A stretch of DNA of 63,781 nt, filler included, from Collodictyon triciliatum (Eukaryota), in assembly GCA_043381765.1 (NCBI GenBank). It is 6 parts of 6 records of this genome, joined end to end, with 100 filler letters (N's around TTAATTAATTAA, not from the genome) between each part and the next. Parts side by side here need not be neighbours in the genome. Positions count along the whole stretch, not along the records: positions 13,193 to 26,281 come from JBHJMP010002053.1; 5 more parts are not named here. One strand, given 5' to 3'. The position numbers and the translations under genes were made by a program. Shown here in pieces: positions 13,917-22,400 of this stretch. The notes under the pieces are model-generated. The model was not told the origin of the DNA, made no database searches, and saw only the letters and a program-made list of their open reading frames with translations. The first letter of the stretch is position 1, and the number at the start of each line of letters is the position of its first letter.

Positions 13917-14276
13917 ATGATCGTAAACTACGCGCAACGGGGAGCACGAGGGGTAGGGCGGTTTCTTACTACATCAACTGACAGAGCGATACGACGACTA
14001 GAGGGGCTCAACGACGCATATGTGAGACTTGACGATGCCAGCATGGGACTCGTCGACAATCTGTTGACTAGTACCGGAGTAAAGCCCGCCATCCAGACCA
14101 TCACCAACCCCCTGGTCAGCACTATCAAGGCAGCCAATTACCTCGGTAGGGGGCTGAGCACTCTGGGGGACCTGGACATGAAGAAAATGAATACAAAGAG
14201 TTTAGGCTCTGGCATACACGACCTGGGTCAGGCTTATGCGCTGGCCACTCACGGGCGGGAGCTGCGCTTCAGGTAA
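13917..14276 (+). CDS. Viral hypothetical 119-aa protein, predicted amphipathic helical (possible virion core/membrane-active protein)
   Basis: ATG..TAA ORF divergent from the 13884 gene, upstream of the capsid gene, with the TCT-N10-ATG motif. Confidence 0.65.
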   Translation: MIVNYAQRGARGVGRFLTTSTDRAIRRLEGLNDAYVRLDDASMGLVDNLLTSTGVKPAIQTITNPLVSTIKAANYLGRGLSTLGDLDMKKMNTKSLGSGIHDLGQAYALATHGRELRFR

Positions 14277-14559
14277 AATTCTTCTTCCGCCTCCCCCTTT
14301 ACGAACTATGTGCAAGTATGTGCAAAGTATGTGCAACCAACAAAATTCAGGTTCTTCAAAATCCTTACTTCTTTATGTCTCATTTTATATTTATCTATTA
14401 ACTAAATATACTAAATCACATACTTAACATACTTAACATACTTATTTTTGATTTGTAGTAGGAAAAGGGAATGCAAACATGTTTTCAAAAATCCCCATAC
14501 AGAATAATTTGAGGTCCAACTGTGTGCAACTATGTGGGGGGAGGGAAGAAGAATTTTAC
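14273..14559. repeat. Inverted-repeat-bounded intergenic element with internal short tandem repeats (origin-like or MITE-like)
   Basis: Perfect 16-bp IR gtaaaattcttcttcc (14273-14288) / ggaagaagaattttac (14544-14559); inside are 3x (a)gtatgtgcaa-like, 3x catactta(a) and 2x caact(g/a)tgtg. Confidence 0.8.
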
Positions 14560-14604
14560 AAAGGGGGAGTGCGTTTGATCTGAAATTAATTTCTTGGCAT
14601 ATGC

Positions 14605-16164
14605 ATGGAGTATCCTAGCGAGGCAAAGTACATGAAGATTCGGAACTACAATGACAAAGTTCTGGCCCGTCACACCACCAAAGTAACCCCATTCAATGGC
14701 GGAGAATTCGGCCCTACCCGAGTAGACAGAATCCTGTGGAATATTCCTAGCGAGACTGGCATGGAAATAGACATGGACACATTGATGATTCACTTTGACG
14801 TCACCATTAATCCAGGAACGGGGACAGCTGGCACGCACGATTATTATTTTAATAACTCGATTGAATCGATTATCCAAGCACTTCGGATCAGGAAAGGAAC
14901 GTCTTTTCTCTTGGAAGACATACAGCGGTATAACTACCTCGATTCAATCTTTATGAACTATGTCGCAGATGATTACAACAAATGTGTCGGTGCGGCATTG
15001 ATGGGAATAGGTAATGCTTATGACCGAATTAAAAATCATCGCACAACGGCAACTGACTTTAATTCAGCGTTGGCTGTTAGAAATTATTCGGTTCCTTTGA
15101 GGCTATCAGGAATTTCACAGTATTCGGGTTTGATCAGTACTAGTTTGATTGACAGTGTCGCAGCGTTTCAGATTGAGATAGAACTAGCACCAGCTAACCA
15201 ATGTATGCAGGCATACAATCGAGGCTCAAATGCTAATGCTGGACTAGGAAGCCCGGATGCGACAGCTACTTATACATTATCTAGTTGTTATATTACTTAT
15301 GACTTGGTAAGGATGGCGCCAGAGTATCACGCACAACTTCAATCATCTATATCCCGAGGTGTACCACTTCAGATTCCCTATAAGACGTGGAGAACAAGTT
15401 TGTATAGTTTGGCAGCCAACACCCCCTCTATTGTGTATAATATTAATGACACTGTGAAATCTTTGAATGCTGTATATGTGGCATTTTTTGACACTAATGA
15501 ACAAGGAAAGATAATGATTCCAGGTCGAGACAGAAAACATTTTCCTACGAATCTGAAAACAGCACAACTTCAGTTAGGTTCTTTCTATTATCCTCTCCAG
15601 CCGATGGATTGTAAAAACGGAGCAAGTTAAGTTTTTCTAGAGGTACAGAAGGCAATGGGTCTAACATTTGTACGTAGTGAATATACTGGCCCTTATGGCT
15701 TCAATGGATACGAGTTTGCTAAACCGCCTGTTGATCGCCAATTTGATTTGACTGTAGGATTTACTGATACTCAACCAGTTGCACAAACATTGGGTGGTGT
15801 TAATATTGTGGCACCGTATGGTCGTGTAGGAGTTGAATTTGTTGATACTACGTACAGTCAATTAGAACAAGGAGACGATACGGCATTAGAAAATGACGAT
15901 AAACCAATTGTAGCTAGATTTTTGCGCGAGGGTGTACAGAATCCTTGTGAGTTTATGTTAGCTTTTAACTTGCGTAAAGTATTGGACGTAGCTGAAGGGG
16001 AAATAGTCGGTACAGATATCCAGAGTAGCGGGTCAGGGCTAATGTCTCTAAGATTAGAATTTGAGGGCAACAGCGGAGCAAAGTCATACAATGTTGTGGT
16101 GGCTAGTCTGTACGATGCCGTTCTAGAAATTCAGAGCAACCAGCAAACGTTCCGAGTGGAATAA
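14605..16164 (+). pseudogene. PLV-type major capsid protein (double jelly-roll), about 519 codons, interrupted by one in-frame TAA at 15628-15630
   Basis: The 341-aa and 169-aa ORFs are in the same frame (GAS*VFLEVQKAMG). Motifs: 'PFNGGEFGP..ILWNIP..ID..IHFDV', 'SIIQALRI..LLEDIQRYNYL', 'LQIPYKTW..KSLNAVY', 'FMLAFNL..GTDI..LRLEF..YDAVLEI'; beta-strand-like alternation throughout. Confidence 0.8.
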
Positions 16165-16314
16165 ATTATTGACTAAGTTATGAAAAGAAAATGTGGGTGT
16201 TTTATGATGTGTCTATGTTGGCTTTTTGCTTTACGATTTATTTCTGTATTGCGTCAGGCGTTGGCTTATGTAATTTATTTATGTAAAAAGCTATAATAAT
16301 TTCTCAGTGTATGT

Positions 16315-16464
16315 ATGGAACCAATTACTATTATATCTTTGTTGATGACTTGCATTTTAGTCCTTGAGAGAGTCTGGAAATACACAGTCGATCATTTGAA
16401 GCGGTCAAGTTGTTGCGGGGGTAGTGTTGAATTTAAAAGTGAAAAGGATTTATTACATCCGTAG
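16315..16464 (+). CDS. 49-aa single-pass membrane protein with KRSSCCG motif (virus-type small protein; below the ORF-track cutoff)
   Basis: MEPITIISLLMTCILVLERVWKYTVDHLKRSSCCGGSVEFKSEKDLLHP*; preceded by ATAATTTCT-N10-ATG. Confidence 0.7.
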   Translation: MEPITIISLLMTCILVLERVWKYTVDHLKRSSCCGGSVEFKSEKDLLHP

Positions 16465-16531
16465 GTATAAAATTGAAATGTTGTATAATATTATACCACA
16501 TATCAAAACCTTAGACAGTCAATCAATTACA

Positions 16532-16942
16532 ATGTCCCACGAAAGAATAATTGCTAAAGACGATTATGTGTTTATCGACACTGTATATAATACGGGCACA
16601 AATGATTACGAGATTAAGTTCATAGACGGTGAATGTGACGGCTACACAATTAAGTGGGAAGACTATGCGAAACTTACAGTGTCGAATGGCACCACTAAAG
16701 CAAGGTGGAGGACAACATTTGAAGATGTCATTCAGGTGCATTTACGTTTTAATGGTACTGGCCCAGATGATGTTACTGAAGAAAGAATAAAAGGATGTAT
16801 GGCGACTACCCGAAGTGCTGTTTGGAATATTTTCAATGTGCCGGAGGGAGTATCCGACAGCATGAAGCGCGATAATTTTATGGCGACCAAGATGATGCTT
16901 ATTCGTCTTGTGATGATGCTGCGAGAATTCCACGCTGAATAA
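16532..16942 (+). CDS. Viral hypothetical protein (136 aa from MSHERII)
   Basis: Intronless ORF within the element; AAAATTGA at 16469-16476 upstream; converges with the next ORF across a 6-nt gap. Confidence 0.6.
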   Translation: MSHERIIAKDDYVFIDTVYNTGTNDYEIKFIDGECDGYTIKWEDYAKLTVSNGTTKARWRTTFEDVIQVHLRFNGTGPDDVTEERIKGCMATTRSAVWNIFNVPEGVSDSMKRDNFMATKMMLIRLVMMLREFHAE

Positions 16943-16948
16943 ACTCTG

Positions 16949-17242
16949 TTACCATAAATAATGGTACGCCCAATAACCTGGTGTGTTAGGATCGTCTATG
17001 TTATCCTTTGCGTGTCTTTGTCTGTAGCGTTGTCTTTGTTCTTTGTCGTTAGTGTCTAGATTGCTGTAAAAGCCAAGCTTGTCTTTGTAGTGATTATATC
17101 TTTTGTCGCCAAAGTGAATAGGTTGATAGAGTGTGTCATCTTTGTCCATTAAGTACGCAGTGTACTTTTTGTTTTTCAATTTGGAGACCTTGACGCAATA
17201 CTTAACGCCATTAATCTTAACAATCTTTTTCCATTCGTTCAT
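16949..17242 (-). CDS. Small basic protein of the 'KKY..IHFG..Y..Y.D..R..YR.RH..PGYWA..LW' type seen in giant viruses and PLVs (DUF5754-like, unconfirmed)
   Basis: Motif recognisable in the 97-aa ORF; preceded by TTTTCT-N11-ATG. Confidence 0.75.
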   Translation of the reverse strand: MNEWKKIVKINGVKYCVKVSKLKNKKYTAYLMDKDDTLYQPIHFGDKRYNHYKDKLGFYSNLDTNDKEQRQRYRQRHAKDNIDDPNTPGYWAYHYLW

Positions 17243-17363
17243 ACCTATTTAGGAGAAAAGAATATTCTAGAACCGTCTAGAACATTCCATCTATATCTGG
17301 AATTAACCATATATAGATAGGGATATGTGTATATAAAGGCGAAAAAGCGGGGTTGAGGGGCTG

Positions 17364-17410
17364 GCTGTCGTATTATCACCTATATAATATAGAGGTGATA
17401 ATACGACAGC
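17364..17410. repeat. Perfect 18-bp inverted repeat/hairpin with 11-nt AT-rich loop
   Basis: gctgtcgtattatcacct (17364-17381) + atataatatag + aggtgataatacgacagc (17393-17410). Confidence 0.92.
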
Positions 17411-18199
17411 AATTAATATTAAAATATCAATTATTTCAGAAAAAGGGAAAAAGGGAGGACGAAAAGCTGTTTTATTTATTTACATACCCGGAAAATATAA
17501 TATGCAATCATTTGCTTTGTCACTTGACCACAAATCACAATACAATGCACAGATATGGACACACGTATTGAATTTACTATTATCATAGTAATATCTGCAT
17601 GAAAATACAAAGAATTAGTCACCTACCCTTGTTTTCAACCATTATGCAACACCCATATCAAGCTTGTGTTTTTTTTTCGACATGTGAATGTTGCTCTCGT
17701 TTTATTTTTCAGCCGTTACATTCCAAACTCTTTGACTGGGCAATACACCCAGCCGTCCAAGCGCCTTGAGGTCAAGCCGACAAGTTGTAGTGACGTTCAT
17801 GCTGCATCATGCTGTCCTTTGTTTTAGTCGGTTAGGGGGTTTGGCTTATTTCGCGCTTTTTCCTTTTATATTTGTGTATTTCTTTTGTCTTTTCACGTCT
17901 GCATCATTCTGTGAGTTAATATTGTGACTAGAGCTTTTATTCGAATCATTAATATATGAACTTTTGAGTTGTCCTGAAGCTCATAGAAACTAAACAAACC
18001 TCATATACAGAAGGCTTTAAAACTTGCATCCAGTTCTTCTGGTTCCAACGCTGTAAAGGAAAAACTCCGAGTCGCACGCAAATCCAAGTAAAACCGTGCA
18101 AGGAAGCCGCCTGCAAGTCTGTCAGAGCGGACAGTATTTTTCACACGGGTCGAGAAAGTCGTTTAAAACAAAACACAAAACCCACAGACTCACAGATGC

Positions 18200-18915
18200 G
18201 TCCGCCTCCTTCTTGAAAGCGAACAAACTTTGGGAATAGTCCATCCAATTGCGCTTATCGGATAGCGAAGGCCTTTGCCTGATCGCCTTCCACACTGCAG
18301 AAAACGCCCGAAAGCTTCTGGAGCTGAAGCAAATAAGTTTGAGAGATATTATGACCAACTTCAGCAGAGGCAAACCGACAGAGACCTCGGCGATGTTCTA
18401 CGAACTACCGCTGGGTATGTGGCCGCAACTCCTTCGTGAAGAGCTGAAGCCGTTCAGACCGACCCACATAAACATATAAAAAAGGACAAAGGCTTCTTCA
18501 AAGACACAGCCGTGGTGAAGCTTCTTTGCCAAAAGAACCAGCTCACTGCAAAGTTTACGGTCATGGGCAAAATGAGTCCAAAGCGCATCCTCAAAGAGCG
18601 TCCGCCAGCTGCAAACAAGAAGTGACGAGTAAACGCCTCGCAAAAGAATACACTCGCCAAGCAGGCAAGCAGCAACAGGTCAAGAAGGCCAAGACAGGCA
18701 ATATCAGAGTCCGCAGGACTCACAACAGACACGCGCATACAGCGACAGCGACGATGACATGGAAGGAAATCTCAGTTCCTCTTCAAAAAAATCTCGCATT
18801 CGAGCCCTCCACTGCCAACACCGGACAAGCCTACACATCGCAAGGCTTGGAAGCGCATCCCTCACTTGAAAGTCGCACAAAACCAGAGGTCGCATTCGGG
18901 TCAACATATGGCTAG
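18200..18915 (+). mobile_element. Possible decayed ORF1/Gag-like remnant of a non-LTR retrotransposon
   Basis: GC-richer island; RRM-like 'LIAFHTAENARKLLELKQI..FYELPLGM..LLREELKPF' then degenerate knuckle 'HCKVYGH'; stops and frameshifts. Confidence 0.4.
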
Positions 18916-19493
18916 AAGCGTTTGTGCATGGAGAGCATGCCACCATCATTATTATATTTTCCCCTACTTACCATTCTTCTACTCATCGATGAGAATAAAT
19001 CCCAACAATAGGTTGTATTGACATTCTTTGCCTAAACTAAAGCCCTTTTTGAAACATAGGGAGTGATGCAGTCTCAGCTTTTCTTTCACAATAATAAATA
19101 TTGAAATAGAATGGCTTGTGCATCTTTGTCTTATTATTAATTGAGTTAAAAGAATGGAAGAAAAATGTAATAAGTTCAAATAATTACAAGCTCTCTTCTT
19201 TTTTTTGCTACTCCGAACATGACATCACACCATGAAGAACAGGTGATTATTAAATCGCCCGATGGAGGCAACTGTATGGAGCTTCCTTTTTTTGTTGGAA
19301 AACTATATGAAACAAAGCTGTATTTTGACCATATACACAATTATTTCTCAATTTTAATGACGTTGTGCCTTATACTAATATCAGTAGAGATTAGTGGAAA
19401 TTCCGTTTATTCAAAATTTGAAAGTTGACGGATGATTTCCGTGTGTAAAAGTGAGTTTGAGTTTGAGTTTGAGTCTGAGAATCAGCAAAAGTA

Positions 19494-22400
19494 TTATAGA
19501 GCTATAATCTCTCTCAGATGTGTGATTCTAATCTCGATATCTTGTTTGTGAGGATGTTCCAAACCATAGAAAATCTGAAAGATATCATTCGCCCTCTTGA
19601 AAACTTCCAACGCCTGGGGGTATTTATTTTGAGCCTCCAAGATGATTCCTATGTTATACAAGGACATCGCAACATCGGGATGTGCTTCGCCAAAAACGCC
19701 CAACCGAATCTCGAGTGATTCTTGAGAATAAGCCAGGGCCTTTTCGTTCCTATTAGATTTTGTGTAATTAATGTGGTAGCTAACATATTTATTTTGAAGA
19801 AAACATACATTTTCAGGATACCGTAGACTATTCCGATATTGTTATATAGCATCCCAACATCAGGGTGCATCTTCCCAAACAGCTTTGTTTGAATTTCAAG
19901 TGACTTGTGGTAATATTCCAATGCCTTTTCAAATCTGNNNNNNNNNNNNNNNNNNNNNNNNNNNNNNNNNNNNNNNNNNNNNNNNNNNNNNNNNNNNNNN
20001 NNNNNNNNNNNNNNNNNNNNNNNNNNNNNNNNNNNNNNNNNNNNNNNNNNNNNNNNNNNNNNNNNNNNNNNNNNNNNNNNNNNNNNNNNNNNNNNNNNNN
20101 NNNNNNNNNNNNNNNNNNNNNNNNNNNNNNNNNNNNNNNNNNNNNNNNNNNNNNNNNNNNNNNNNNNNNNNNNNNNNNNNNNNNNNNNNNNNNNNNNNNN
20201 NNNNNNNNNNNNNNNNNNNNNNNNNNNNNNNNNNNNNNNNNNNNNNNNNNNNNNNNNNNNNNNNNNNNNNNNNNNNNNNNNNNNNNNNNNNNNNNNNNNN
20301 NNNNNNNNNNNNNNNNNNNNNNNNNNNNNNNNNNNNNNNNNNNNNNNNNNNNNNNNNNNNNNNNNNNNNNNNNNNNNNNNNNNNNNNNNNNNNNNNNNNN
20401 NNNNNNNNNNNAGTGCTTCTTCATATCTATGATAATAAGGTTAGATAAAATTAAGCCATCTACGTTTTATATCCACTTTTACCTTTCCAAGTCTTTGAAA
20501 ACGTCCCCAATATTTTTATTTGTTGCTGCAACATGATGGCTTGTCTCCCCATATACATCTTTTTGAATTTTTAGTGACGCATAATATAATTCCAGGGCCT
20601 TTTCATGCCTATTGAGCGTTTACATTACTTTCTCTCTTTGCTTCTCTACTAGGGAAAATACATGAAATAATCAAGTATAAAAAAGGGGCAAACTTTCCAA
20701 GACTAGCGTACACAACTCCAATATTGTTTAAAGATGATGCAACATCTGGATGCATCTCCCCAAACATTTTCAATCGGATTTCTAGAGACTTGTTGTAGTG
20801 TTCCAGAGCTTTTTCGAATCTAGATGAATGGTCACATATTTTAACTCTCCAAATTTAACAAACGAAATGATAATAATTTTTTTTTTTTTGGAAATTAACA
20901 GACTCTTGAAGGCCGTAGTAAACCATCCCGATGTTATTATATGAAATCGAAACATCTGGTAGATTATCTCCAGAAATTTTGGACTGAATTTCAAGTGATT
21001 TTTGGTGGTATTGCAGAGCTTGTTCATACCTATCAAAAGATTGTTACAAGTATTTGATAGCTAATTTTAAACCCTAATCAGCTTACTTTCCAAGTTCATT
21101 GTAAATTGTCCCGATATTATTGTACGATGCCACAATGTCAGGGTGTATCTCTTCCAGTACTTGTTGTTGAATTTGAAGCGCTTTTTGATAACACTCTAGA
21201 GCCTCCTCATAACTAATAATCAATCAGATAACCTAAAAGTTCTAGTTATGATTCATTCTATGATATCAATAAAAGAACCTTCCAGCTTCAATGTAAACAG
21301 TTCCAATATTTCCATAAGATGCCGCAACATCTGGATGCATATCACCAAAGACAGTAAGGCGAATTTGAAGAGACTTTTTAAAATACTCCAGAGCCTTTTC
21401 GTGTCTAAAAATGTAGCATATATGATTAAATAAAAAGTGAACAACTGTGCTTTTTTTTAAAAAAACCATTTTCTTGTAAGAAAGCTTAGATGATTATAAA
21501 AACGGCCTTATGTTTGTTTGTAAATAGAAACAATTCAACACACCTTCCAAGGTTCTTATATATAGGTCCCATATGATTGTAGGATGATGCAATATCAGGG
21601 TGGATTTCTCCATACATTTTTTTCCCAAGTTCCAGTGACTTTTGAAATGATTCCAAAGCTTTTTCATTTCTATTATGGTAGCACACTTCAGTGATTCATT
21701 CTGCAATATTTCAGAAATTCAAAGGTACCTCCCCATGAAAGTATATCCACTTCCGATTGTGCGATAAGATGCAATAATATCACGATGAAGCTCTCCAAAA
21801 ACTTTCCGTTTGACATCTAGAGATTTTTGATACCATTCGATCGCCTTTTCATGCCTAATATACCATGATGAAAACTTGTTTACATTCCGAATTAAAATAA
21901 TTTTTATGTGAATAATATATACTCTCCAACGTTTCTGTAGGCATTTCCCAAGGAATTCATATTCTCGCTATTCCAACCTAAATGCTTCACTAGATAAATG
22001 CTTCTCTCTCTCTATTTTTTTTTATCAATTATTGAAAAGTGAACAAACCTTCATCGGTCTCAGTAGAAAGACGGTGATGCAGAATCGGTATCAAAAATGC
22101 ATCCTCTTTGATGTCTTCAAAGTAACGAACCAGTGCATAACCCGTGGAATTCAAAAGCTAAGGAGTAAATTTTAAGCATCTTTTTTTATGATAATTTATT
22201 TTTGTCCTTTGCAAGGACCTAAAACTTACCTTCACCATATCATTGTAAAGGCATTTTTGATCAAATCCGTTCTTATTCAGATATCTCCAACATTCAACAA
22301 ACTCGTGTCGATGGTCTCCGTCCAGCATATTTTCGACCACCTTTAATGGCACGTGAAGTTAAATTAAGTCAATTAATACAACACTTATAACAAACCTGCT

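Larger units (their letters stand above)
13193..17410. mobile_element. Endogenous Polinton-like virus (PLV/virophage-like element), right-hand part; left part lost at the scaffold edge
   Basis: Dense intronless ORFs, capsid-like gene, small virus-type ORFs, shared upstream motif and terminal palindrome, on the same scaffold as an intron-rich host gene. Confidence 0.8.

Noticed and set aside
15628-15630. TAA reassigned to Gln (ciliate-type code) as an explanation of the capsid stop
   Set aside because: Other viral ORFs (14276, 16164, 16942, 16949) and host genes end in TAA, and long host exons contain no in-frame TAA/TAG.
16424-16531. Track's longer N-terminus for the 172-aa ORF
   Set aside because: It uses a non-ATG start overlapping the 49-aa gene; ATG 16532 after an A/C-rich leader fits better, although ATG 16478 cannot be excluded.
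19828-20536. Long ORFs of X residues
   Set aside because: Artefact of an N gap inside the TPR array.
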